From Candidatus Latescibacterota bacterium (GTDB taxonomy: Bacteria; Latescibacterota; UBA2968; UBA8231): DNA of 64,000 nucleotides. The stretch's first letter is position 1; each line of letters begins with the position of its first letter. The notes below the pieces were generated by a model, which made no database searches, had not been told where the DNA came from, and worked only from the letters and a program-made list of their open reading frames with translations. The DNA lies in the NCBI GenBank assembly GCA_964291625.2, contig OZ220089.1, positions 4,096,001-4,160,000 on the forward strand, written 5' to 3'. A program made the position numbers and the translations under genes. Shown piece by piece: positions 38,027 to 46,337 of this stretch.

Positions 38027-39184
38027 TCAGCTGCCGTTGTCGGTGGAGCCCTCTTCTTCGGCGTCGTCGCCACCGAAGAACTGCCGGAGGAGCTTCTCCT
38101 CCTCCGTCTCCGGCGGGCGGAGTTGCCAGATCCGCTGCTGGGCGACGGCCGCCCAGTTGGGGTCGCGCAGGGCGAGCTCGTACTCGGCGATCGCCTCCTC
38201 CTCCGCGTCCTGGCGCCCCAGCAGGTCGCCCCGGAGCAAGTGCAGGTGGGCGCTGTCGGGGGAGCGCTGCAGGCCGCCCTCGATCCAGCGCGCCGCCGCC
38301 TTCAAGTCGTCGGCGTTCAGGTGGATCTCGGCGATGGTGGCGACGGTCAGCAGGTCCTTGGGCTGCTCGCGCGCCATGCCCTCCAGGCCCTCGAGCCTGA
38401 CCGCCGGGTCGCCGGCGGTGTCGCCCAGCTCCGACATGCGGACGTAGTGGGCGTAGCGCCCGGCCGAGTCGATGCCGACCAGTTGCCTCAGGGATTCGTG
38501 TGCGCCCGTGTAGTCCTCCGTGGCGATCTGCAGGTCCACGATCCGGGTCAGGGATTCGACCTGCCCGGCTCCGCCGCCGGCGGTCAGCCGCTGGCGCCAG
38601 GCCAGGGCCGCGGGCGCGTCGCCCTGGTCCTCGGTCATCACCGCCAGCAGCTCGTACAGCTCCCTGCGAGCATCCTCGGGCAGGGCCGCGGACTCGGCGA
38701 GGGCCCCGTAGTGCTCGATGGCCTCTACGGGCCGGCCGTTGCGGCGGTAGAGGTCGGCGAGCTTGCGCCGGTGCTCCGCGTACCTGGGCTCGTTGGGCCG
38801 GGCGCGGAGAACGGGGCCGAGGAACCGCCAGGCCGAGTCCGGCGCGGCATCGTTCAGGTAGAGAGTATAAAGGGTGAGGTTGGTGTTGACGTGGGCCGAG
38901 TCGATGGCGGCCGCGGACAGCAGGGCCCGCTTGGCGTCGGCCGGCCGGCCGAGCTCCAGGAAGGCCCGGCCCATCGAATAGTGGGCCCGGTGGTAGCCGG
39001 GATCGTACTTGATCAGCTCGGTGTAGTACTTGACGACGTCGTCGTGTTCCTTCTTGACCCGGGCGTTCTTGCCGAGCCACTTGTACTTGATCACCGAGTC
39101 GGCCACGCTCACCTCCGCGGGGGCCGCAAGGTCCGGCGCCGCCATCACGCCGAGCAACAGGCAGATCTGCAGAGGGTTCTTCAC
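38027..39184 (-). CDS. Secreted tetratricopeptide-repeat protein
   Basis: Signal peptide VKNPLQICLLLG..., multiple TPR helices; heads the exbBDD-tonB operon. Confidence 0.8.
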   Translation of the reverse strand: MKNPLQICLLLGVMAAPDLAAPAEVSVADSVIKYKWLGKNARVKKEHDDVVKYYTELIKYDPGYHRAHYSMGRAFLELGRPADAKRALLSAAAIDSAHVNTNLTLYTLYLNDAAPDSAWRFLGPVLRARPNEPRYAEHRRKLADLYRRNGRPVEAIEHYGALAESAALPEDARRELYELLAVMTEDQGDAPAALAWRQRLTAGGGAGQVESLTRIVDLQIATEDYTGAHESLRQLVGIDSAGRYAHYVRMSELGDTAGDPAVRLEGLEGMAREQPKDLLTVATIAEIHLNADDLKAAARWIEGGLQRSPDSAHLHLLRGDLLGRQDAEEEAIAEYELALRDPNWAAVAQQRIWQLRPPETEEEKLLRQFFGGDDAEEEGSTDNGS

Positions 39185-39408
39185 GATCCTCCCCGATCGG
39201 GCTGGAGGGATGGAACCACCAAACGACTCCAAATATAACCCTCGCCGGGAGGCCATCAATCCGCAAGTTACGGCAGGGTGGCACTTTAGCGTCAGAGGGC
39301 GGGCGGAACCGGTTTGACAATCCCGCGAGGGGCGGCGCATTTTCCAGCGAATCCCGAATCTCCAGCGCGGCGTGAAGACGCGGCTCCCTTCCGGTGTCTG
39401 CACGGAGG

Positions 39409-40008
39409 ATGATGGCCACCACCACCCGAATCGAGGTCCATCTCCCCGACGGGGATCTCGTGCAACGCGCCGTCGAGGGCAGCGACGAGGCCTTTCGGAG
39501 GCTGATCACCGAGTATCACCCGTTGGCCTATGGACTGGCCTATCGGGCCCTCGGCGACCGAGAGGACGCGGAGGAGGTCGTCCAGGACGCCTTCGTCAAG
39601 ATCCACGGGGCCCTCGGCGGGTTCCGCGGCGAGTCCTCTCTGAAGACCTGGATCCTGCGCATCGTCTGGCACCTGAGTCTCAACCGCCGGCGGGACCGGG
39701 CCCGCAGCCCCTGGCGTCGGCTCGGCCTGCACCGGGCGGACGAGGAGTCGGGCGAGAGACTCCCCTTGCCGGCCGGCGAAGGACCGGAGGCCCGGCTCCT
39801 GACGCGGGAGACGCAGCGCCTCGTTCGGGAGGAGATCGACGACTTGCCGTCCGCCCTCAGGGAGGTGCTCGTCCTCCACGGCTTCGAGCAACTCGGCTAC
39901 GAGGAGATCGCCCGCGTGCTGGACATTCCGGTGGGCACCGTCAGCTCGCGGATCCACACCGCCCGCCGCCGCCTGGCGGCGGGCCTGCAGAGACGCGGAG
40001 TGGTCTGA
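39409..40008 (+). CDS. ECF RNA polymerase sigma factor
   Basis: DAEEVVQDAF, SLKTWILRI, YEEIARVLDIPVGTVSSRI. Confidence 0.92.
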   Translation: MMATTTRIEVHLPDGDLVQRAVEGSDEAFRRLITEYHPLAYGLAYRALGDREDAEEVVQDAFVKIHGALGGFRGESSLKTWILRIVWHLSLNRRRDRARSPWRRLGLHRADEESGERLPLPAGEGPEARLLTRETQRLVREEIDDLPSALREVLVLHGFEQLGYEEIARVLDIPVGTVSSRIHTARRRLAAGLQRRGVV

Positions 40009-40031
40009 AGGCCGCCGCGGAGGAACGACCG

Positions 40032-40388
40032 ATGTTGTCGAGATGGCGGCGCCGGGGAGGGGGTGTCGAGCCCCCGGGCGTCGACGGTGGATCCGGTCCC
40101 GGCGGCGACGGGCGCAAGGTCCTCGGCCTGAGGGCCCGCCTGGAGGCGGCCAGGATGCGTGCCGTCGACGACCTGGTCGACCGCGTTCTCGAGCCGCCGA
40201 CACCGCTGCCCGACGCGCAGGCCGCGGCCGACCGGGTCCTGCACCGTCTCCGCTGGCCCGGGCTTTCCGCGTCCGAGGTCCGCGGGCCCTTCCCCTGGAA
40301 GCCGGCCCTGGTCGCTTCGGGAATCCTGGTGACGGCGGGGGTGGCCTTCGCCGGGCTTCGGCGCCTCGGGCTGGCGAGACCCCGGTGA
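40032..40388 (+). CDS. Small C-terminally membrane-anchored protein (possible degenerate anti-sigma)
   Basis: Follows the ECF gene; TM segment WKPALVASGILVTAGVAF; stop overlaps the accD start. Confidence 0.5.
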   Translation: MLSRWRRRGGGVEPPGVDGGSGPGGDGRKVLGLRARLEAARMRAVDDLVDRVLEPPTPLPDAQAAADRVLHRLRWPGLSASEVRGPFPWKPALVASGILVTAGVAFAGLRRLGLARPR

Positions 40389-41263
40389 ACTGGTTCGAGC
40401 GGCTCAAGGCGGGGGTCCTGACGCGCATCAAGCGCGAGATCCCCGAGGCCATCTGGAGCAAGTGCAAGAACTGCGGCGAGACGGCCTATCAGCACGCTCT
40501 CGAGCGCAACAGTTGGATCTGTCCCCGCTGCGGCAGCCATTTCCCCATCGGCCACGAGAAGTACATCCGCATCCTGAGCGACCCCGGGTCCTTTACCGAG
40601 ATCGACGCCGGGCTGTCCACCGCCGATCCGCTAAAGTTCCGCGATCACCGCCGCTACTCCGACCGGATCCGCGAGGCCCGCCGCTCCAGCGGCATCAACG
40701 AGGCCGTGCACACCGGCCTGTGCACCATCGGCGGCAACCCCGCGGCCCTCGGCGTCATGGATACGCGCTACATCATGGGCAGCCTGGGCGGTGCCACGGG
40801 CGAGAAGATCAGCCGCCTCATCGACAGGGCCCTGGCCGACGGCCGGGCCCTGGTGCTGGTCTGCCAGTCGGGAGGTGCCCGGATGCAGGAGAGCACATTC
40901 TCGCTGATGCAGATGGCCAAGATCAGCGCCCGGCTGCGCCGGTTCTCCAACGCCGGCGGCCTCTACGTCGCCGTCCTGACCGACCCGACCTACGGCGGCG
41001 TGACCGCCAGCTTCGCCATGCTCGGGGACCTCACCCTCGCCGAGCCGGGGGCCCGCATCGGGTTCGCTGGCCAGGCGGTGATCCGCCAGTTCATGGGCAT
41101 CGAGGAGCTTCCCGCCGGATTCCAGATCGCCGAGACCGTCCTCGAGCACGGCTTCGTCGACCGCGTCGTCCCCCGGAACGAGATCGCCGCCACCCTGGGC
41201 AGCCTCATCGCCATGCTCGCCCCCGGCGGCAAGGAGAGTTCCCTCTCCACGGACGCGACCTGA
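40385..41263 (+). CDS. accD: Acetyl-CoA carboxylase carboxyltransferase beta subunit
   Basis: WSKCKNC...CPRC zinc finger, SGGARMQES, DPTYGGVTASFA, EHGFVD. Confidence 0.95.
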   Translation: MNWFERLKAGVLTRIKREIPEAIWSKCKNCGETAYQHALERNSWICPRCGSHFPIGHEKYIRILSDPGSFTEIDAGLSTADPLKFRDHRRYSDRIREARRSSGINEAVHTGLCTIGGNPAALGVMDTRYIMGSLGGATGEKISRLIDRALADGRALVLVCQSGGARMQESTFSLMQMAKISARLRRFSNAGGLYVAVLTDPTYGGVTASFAMLGDLTLAEPGARIGFAGQAVIRQFMGIEELPAGFQIAETVLEHGFVDRVVPRNEIAATLGSLIAMLAPGGKESSLSTDAT

Positions 41264-41328
41264 TCCGCCGGCCTCCGCGCGCGGATCCCCGCCCTCCGGC
41301 AATCTCTGCATGGAACGCCCGCGTACTG

Positions 41329-41853
41329 GTGCCGGTGGCGCTCATGGCCGCCCTCACCGCCGTGGGCGCGCAGTTGCGCATCCCCCTGCCCCATGTCCCC
41401 ATCACCCTGCAGGCGGCCTTCGTCTGCCTGGCCGGGCTGCTGCTGGGGCCCTGGCGGGGGGCGGCCAGCCAGGCGGTCTATCTCACGGCGGGGCTGGTGG
41501 GGCTGCCCGTGTTCGCGGGCGGCGGAGGGCTGCACTACCTGCTCAAGCCCTCCGCCGGGTACCTGCTGGGGTTCGCGCCCGGCGCCTGGTTGGCGGGGCG
41601 GCTGGCAGGCGGCGCCCGGGGAGTCACCTTCCGACGGGCCCTGGCCGCGACCTGTGCCGGGATGGCGGCCATCTATGCCGCCGGGGTGCTGGGGCTCTAC
41701 CTCAACCTGCGTTTCATGGCGGCCAGTCCGGCGGCGGCCGACCTCGCCCTGGAACTCGGCCTGGCGCCCCTGCCGAAGGACCTGCTCGTGGGACTCCTCG
41801 TCGCCTGGTTGGGGGTCCGTCTGAGGCCGGTGGCGGGGTCGCCGCCGGGCTGA
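41329..41853 (+). CDS. bioY: Biotin transporter BioY (start uncertain)
   Basis: VPITLQ, GLPVFAGG, PSAGYLLGF, IYAAG. Confidence 0.9.
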   Translation: MPVALMAALTAVGAQLRIPLPHVPITLQAAFVCLAGLLLGPWRGAASQAVYLTAGLVGLPVFAGGGGLHYLLKPSAGYLLGFAPGAWLAGRLAGGARGVTFRRALAATCAGMAAIYAAGVLGLYLNLRFMAASPAAADLALELGLAPLPKDLLVGLLVAWLGVRLRPVAGSPPG

Positions 41854-41854
41854 T

Positions 41855-43195
41855 TCAGAAGATGTTGCGGTACTTGAAGGTGGTGAAGAGCTGTTCCTCC
41901 GAGACGCCGAGGTCGGCGCGCACGACGAAGTCCTCGTTCCAGTAGGTGCGCAGCCCCCAGCCGATGCTCAGGTGGGTGTCGAGGGGATGGAGGTCGGAGA
42001 ATCCGGGGGCCACCTGTCCACTGTCGGCGAAGAGGATGGCCAGCAGGTCGAGGTGCTGCTTGAAGAGGGTCCGGCTCCCCAGGTAGTAGCGCGCCTCCGT
42101 GTTGGTGAGGGCGCGCACGTTGTCGGTGAAGCGCTGCCGGTCGAAGCCACGCAAGTTGTCGGATCCTCCGAGGCCCTTGATCCTGCGGCTGCCGCCGATC
42201 TCGCCGTAGGCGTACAGGGGCACGGTCCCCTTCAGGGCTTCCACGATGGTGCGATGGGCGATGTTCAGCCGCCGCGAGACGGGGTAGTAGCGGGCGTCGG
42301 TGAAGGTGTAGCGCTGGAAGTCGATCTGCTCGAAGAGCAGGCTCAGGAGGGAGTTGCGGGAGGTCTCGTAGCTCCACTCCTGGAACAGGCCCCGGCGCGG
42401 GATCGAGGGGTCGTCCCGGGTGTCCCACCGCAGGCTGAGGCCCACGAACCCCGTGATGCCGTCCACCACACCGTCCGGGGTCCCGGCGTCGATGTAGTAG
42501 GAGCGCTCTCCCCGGCCGTCGACGTCGGTCCGCTCGAGGCCGAGACCCAGGGAAACGGTCATCGGACCGTAGAGGTGACCGAGGAGGTTGACGATCACCC
42601 GCGGCGCCTCCAGGACATAGTGGTAGTAGTCCTCGTCGATGAAGTCGGGGTGGTCCGATTGGGTGAGCCCCTCGTTGTTCTCGCTGTCGTTGGACAGGCC
42701 GTAGTATCTGGCCCGGATGTCGCGCTTGTTGCTCGCCGTCAGGATGAGGCCGAAGCCGGTCCCTGCCATGTGCGGCAACCTGAAGCGCAGGTAGCTGACC
42801 CGCTTGCCACGGGTCGACTTCATCCAGTGGAGGCTGAGCTTGTAGCGGTACGGACGCCGGTGGTAGTCGGCGATCTGCAGGCGTCCCCCGTAGTTCCAGC
42901 CGGTTCCCGGGCTGTAGTAGACGATCGGCAGGCCCGTGAAACCGTAGGGCGTGCCCCGGAGCACGAACTGCCGTCGTTTGGCCAGCCAGCGCACGGCGTC
43001 CACGGTCTGTTCCCCGGCCGCGAGCGGATCGGCCACCACCGCCGCCCCGCTCAGGAGGCTGTTCAGCCCGCCCTCGCGGACCGAGTCCGCGGGCGCCCCC
43101 CGTACCCCGGTGGTGTCCGCGGCGAACGGTTCGGCCGCGGCCCCGGCGACGCACGCCACGCCGGCCGCCAGGGAGATCCACACCCGGTTCAGCAT
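41855..43195 (-). CDS. BamA/TamA-family (Omp85) outer-membrane barrel protein
   Basis: Signal peptide, WDTRD, GGSDNLRGF, RADLG, terminal F. Confidence 0.85.
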   Translation of the reverse strand: MLNRVWISLAAGVACVAGAAAEPFAADTTGVRGAPADSVREGGLNSLLSGAAVVADPLAAGEQTVDAVRWLAKRRQFVLRGTPYGFTGLPIVYYSPGTGWNYGGRLQIADYHRRPYRYKLSLHWMKSTRGKRVSYLRFRLPHMAGTGFGLILTASNKRDIRARYYGLSNDSENNEGLTQSDHPDFIDEDYYHYVLEAPRVIVNLLGHLYGPMTVSLGLGLERTDVDGRGERSYYIDAGTPDGVVDGITGFVGLSLRWDTRDDPSIPRRGLFQEWSYETSRNSLLSLLFEQIDFQRYTFTDARYYPVSRRLNIAHRTIVEALKGTVPLYAYGEIGGSRRIKGLGGSDNLRGFDRQRFTDNVRALTNTEARYYLGSRTLFKQHLDLLAILFADSGQVAPGFSDLHPLDTHLSIGWGLRTYWNEDFVVRADLGVSEEQLFTTFKYRNIF

Positions 43196-44040
43196 CTCGA
43201 GGGACGCTCGAAGCGCGACCGATCCCCCGGTGAAGCGCTGATGTCCAGTCCCAGGCCCAGGGGCGTGATCGAGACCCATCCCTTCTCCAGGACGTCCAGG
43301 TCCCCTTCCTCCATCTCGCGGAGCCGCCGCAGGCCGGAGGAGACATGCTCCAGGCGGCCGTCACCGTCGCCGCGGAAGAACCGCCCGTAGGCGCTCGGCG
43401 CGACCCGGGTCAGCACCCGGCGGGTGCCCGGACCCGCCCCGGGTGGAAGGTTCACCGAGAGCAGCCGGGCTCCCTCGGGGAGCCCCCCTCGAAGGACCTC
43501 GGACGTGATCTCGCGGGCCACGGCGGCCGCCTGCTCCCAGGCGCCGGGGGGCAGGGAGTCGCGCCGGTCGCGGCGCCAGCGAGCGTAGTCGTCGGCGCGC
43601 AGCTGCAGCGAGAAGGCCACGGCGGGAACGCCGCTGAGGGCGGCCTCGACGGCGGCGCCGACCGTGCCCGAACTGAGGAGAAAGGCGAGGCCGGCATTGG
43701 CGCCGATGTTGATCCCGGAGACCGCGAGGAGGGGCGGCGTCTCGGCCAGATTGTGGACTCCCGCATTGGCGCAGTCGGCGGGGGAGCCGTCGAGAGTGTG
43801 CAGCGTCCGGTCCCCGGCCCTCACCCGGCGGAGCCTCAGGCGGCCGAAGCGGGTCAGCGTCTTGGACGACCAGCTGCACTCGCGGTCCGGGACCACGGCG
43901 CGCGCCGGGCCCAGGCTCTCGAGCGCGGCCAGCAGGGGGAGCAGCGCCGGGGAGTCGACGCCGTCGTCGTTGGTGACCAGGATCCACGGGTCGTCCCCGC
44001 GGGCACGGTCCTCCCCGGGCCGGGGAAGGCTGTCTCTCAC
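43189..44040 (-). CDS. surE: 5'/3'-nucleotidase SurE
   Basis: ILVTNDDG, GSPADC, SGINIGAN, SGTVGAA, VSITPL. Confidence 0.95.
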   Translation of the reverse strand: MRDSLPRPGEDRARGDDPWILVTNDDGVDSPALLPLLAALESLGPARAVVPDRECSWSSKTLTRFGRLRLRRVRAGDRTLHTLDGSPADCANAGVHNLAETPPLLAVSGINIGANAGLAFLLSSGTVGAAVEAALSGVPAVAFSLQLRADDYARWRRDRRDSLPPGAWEQAAAVAREITSEVLRGGLPEGARLLSVNLPPGAGPGTRRVLTRVAPSAYGRFFRGDGDGRLEHVSSGLRRLREMEEGDLDVLEKGWVSITPLGLGLDISASPGDRSRFERPSRC

Positions 44041-44096
44041 AGTGGCTCGATCGGCCGGCGCATTTCAGGTGACGTGACGGCCGTATATTACCGACC

Positions 44097-44378
44097 ATGC
44101 CCCTCCCTCACCAACCGGACGCCATCGAGGAGGCCCGCCTGTTGCAGGAACTGGAGGCGGTTGCCTCGCAGCTGTCGGTGGAGATTCGCCACGAGGATCT
44201 CGACGGCAGCCGCGGCGGCCTCTTCCGCCTGCGCGGACAGACCTGCATCCTCCTCGACCGGGAGCTGCCGCTGCGCGAGCGCGTCGACCTGATGGCCAGC
44301 GCCCTGGCCCGGCTGCCGCTCGACGACGTGTTCCTGCGCCCCGCGGTACGGGAGTACCTGGAAGGGCGGACCACCTGA
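44097..44378 (+). CDS. Hypothetical protein
   Basis: Good codon pattern; GGLFRLRG...FLRPAVREYL; TATATT upstream. Confidence 0.7.
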   Translation: MPLPHQPDAIEEARLLQELEAVASQLSVEIRHEDLDGSRGGLFRLRGQTCILLDRELPLRERVDLMASALARLPLDDVFLRPAVREYLEGRTT

Positions 44379-44513
44379 CCCTGTGCGGCGCTTCCGTGGT
44401 GGGGAGACGCTCGCCGACGCGGCCCCCGGGGCGGCGAGCGTCCAGATCACGCAAGAGCCTGCCGCTCAAGTGGTTGGCGGGGCCGGCCCCGGTTCCGGCG
44501 AGGCCCGGGTGCA

Positions 44514-44542
44514 TTGACAGAAACGGGGCTCACCCCTATTCT
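44514..44542 (+). promoter_or_regulatory. Sigma70 promoter of the rpmI-rplT operon
   Basis: TTGACA-17 nt-TATTCT. Confidence 0.75.
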
Positions 44543-44590
44543 CCTCTGGCTGACCACCAGGGTCCCCTCAAGAGGGCCAGGATCTCCGTC

Positions 44591-44785
44591 ATGCCAAAGA
44601 TCAAGACTCACAAGTCCACGGCGAAGCGCATCAAGAAGCGCGGGAACGGTCTCAAGCGCCGGAGGGCCTTCGGCGACCACTTCCTGGGCAAGCGCTCCAC
44701 CAAGCGCAAACGCGCCCTGCGGAAGAACGAGAGCGTGTCACCGGCCAATCTCGACAACGTGCGGCGCTCGCTGGGTCTGAAGTAG
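44591..44785 (+). CDS. rpmI: 50S ribosomal protein L35
   Basis: [13 protein letters not shown]...[14 protein letters not shown]. Confidence 0.96.
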   Translation: MPKIKTHKSTAKRIKKRGNGLKRRRAFGDHFLGKRSTKRKRALRKNESVSPANLDNVRRSLGLK

Positions 44786-44795
44786 GAGCCCGTCC

Positions 44796-45149
44796 ATGCC
44801 TCGTGCGCGCAACCGCGTCGCCTCCCGCCGGCGCCACAAGAAGGTCCTCAAGCAGGCCCGGGGGTACTTCGGCGGCCGCAGCCGCCTGTTCCGGACCGCC
44901 CGCGAGGCGGTCGACCGCGCCCAGGCCTACGCCTACCGGGACCGCCGCAACCGCAAGCGCGACATGCGGCGCCTGTGGATCACCCGGATCAACGCCGCCG
45001 CCCGGCTCCAGGGGTTGTCGTACAGCCGGCTGATCAGCGGGCTCGACCGCGCCCAGGTGAAGGTCAACCGCAAGGTGCTGGCCGACATCGCCGTGCGCGA
45101 TCCGGAGGCGTTTACGGCCATCGTCGATCAGGCGAAGGCCCATTTGTAA
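44796..45149 (+). CDS. rplT: 50S ribosomal protein L20
   Basis: [31 protein letters not shown]. Confidence 0.98.
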   Translation: MPRARNRVASRRRHKKVLKQARGYFGGRSRLFRTAREAVDRAQAYAYRDRRNRKRDMRRLWITRINAAARLQGLSYSRLISGLDRAQVKVNRKVLADIAVRDPEAFTAIVDQAKAHL

Positions 45150-45290
45150 GACCGGCGCCAGCCGGCGGACGGGGCCTTCGGGGCCCCGCCGGTCCCGACT
45201 TCCCCATCCCCTCACGACGAACCCCGGAGCGGACCGGTCTGCGGTCTCCGGTGTCGTCCCGCCGGGCGCCCACTCGAGGGATCAGGACCG

Positions 45291-46325
45291 ATGTTGAACG
45301 AGATCGAGGACATCCGACAGCAGGCCCTGCAGGCCGTCGACGCCGCGGAGGACCTGAAAGCCCTCGACGAGGTGAGGGTGAGGTTCACCGGACGCCGCAG
45401 CCGGTTGCGGCGGATCCTGGGCGGCATCGGCGACCTCCCCGGCGACCAGCGCCCCTCGGTGGGCCAGGCGGCCGGGAAGGCGCAGAGGCGGATCGCCGAC
45501 GCTCTCGAGGGGCGCCGGCTGGCCCTGGAGAGGGCGGCGGAGTCGGAGTCGGCCATCGACTTCACCCTCCCCGGACGGCCGCAGCGGCGCGGTCACACCC
45601 ATCCCCTGTCGGCCACCGCCGACGAGCTCGTCGACGCCCTGCGGCAGATGGGTTTCACCGTCGCCGACGGCCCGGAGGTTGAGGACGAGCATCACAACTT
45701 CGACGCCCTCAACACCCCCGCCGACCACCCGGCCCGCGACGAGCAGGACACCTTCTACCTCACCGACGGACGGCTCCTGCGCACCCATACCTCGACGGTG
45801 CAGATCCGGGTGATGGAACGTCAGCCGCCCCCGGTCCGGGTGCTGTCCGTGGGCCGCTGCTACCGCAGGGAGAGCGTCGACGCCACCCACCACATGGTCT
45901 TCCACCAGATCGAGGGTTTGTACGTCGACCGGGGGGTCTCCATGGCCGAGCTCAAGGGGACCCTGACCGCCCTCGGCCGGCGTGTCCTCGGCGGCGACAC
46001 CAGAATCCGCTTCCGGCCCCACTTCTTCCCTTTCACCGAGCCGAGCGTCGAGTACGACTTCTCCTGCACCCTCTGCGACGGCGGGGTAAACCCGGATGGG
46101 GGGCGGTGCCGGGTCTGCAGGGGCACTGGCTGGATCGAGATCGGCGGCGCCGGCATGGTCGACCCCGAGGTCTTCGCCGCCGTCGGCTACGATGCCGAGA
46201 AGTTCACGGGCTTCGCCTTCGGCTTCGGGATCGAGCGCGTGGCCATGATCCGCCACGGCATCGACGACATCCGGCTCTTCCTCGAGAGCGACCTCAGGTT
46301 CACGCGCCAGTTCGGGAGCGGCTGA
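45291..46325 (+). CDS. pheS: Phenylalanine--tRNA ligase alpha subunit
   Basis: HPARDEQDTF, LRTHTS, FHQIEG, FFPFTEPS, GFAFGFGIER. Confidence 0.98.
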   Translation: MLNEIEDIRQQALQAVDAAEDLKALDEVRVRFTGRRSRLRRILGGIGDLPGDQRPSVGQAAGKAQRRIADALEGRRLALERAAESESAIDFTLPGRPQRRGHTHPLSATADELVDALRQMGFTVADGPEVEDEHHNFDALNTPADHPARDEQDTFYLTDGRLLRTHTSTVQIRVMERQPPPVRVLSVGRCYRRESVDATHHMVFHQIEGLYVDRGVSMAELKGTLTALGRRVLGGDTRIRFRPHFFPFTEPSVEYDFSCTLCDGGVNPDGGRCRVCRGTGWIEIGGAGMVDPEVFAAVGYDAEKFTGFAFGFGIERVAMIRHGIDDIRLFLESDLRFTRQFGSG

Positions 46326-46337
46326 GAGGCGGATGGG

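Noticed and set aside
45150-45290. pheS attenuator or T-box in the GC-rich hairpin region
   Set aside because: Hairpin GGGGCC-TTCGG-GGCCCC is present, but there is no U-tract, Phe-rich leader peptide or T-box motif
46060-46125. CxxC...CxxC insert in PheS
   Set aside because: Known feature of many PheS proteins
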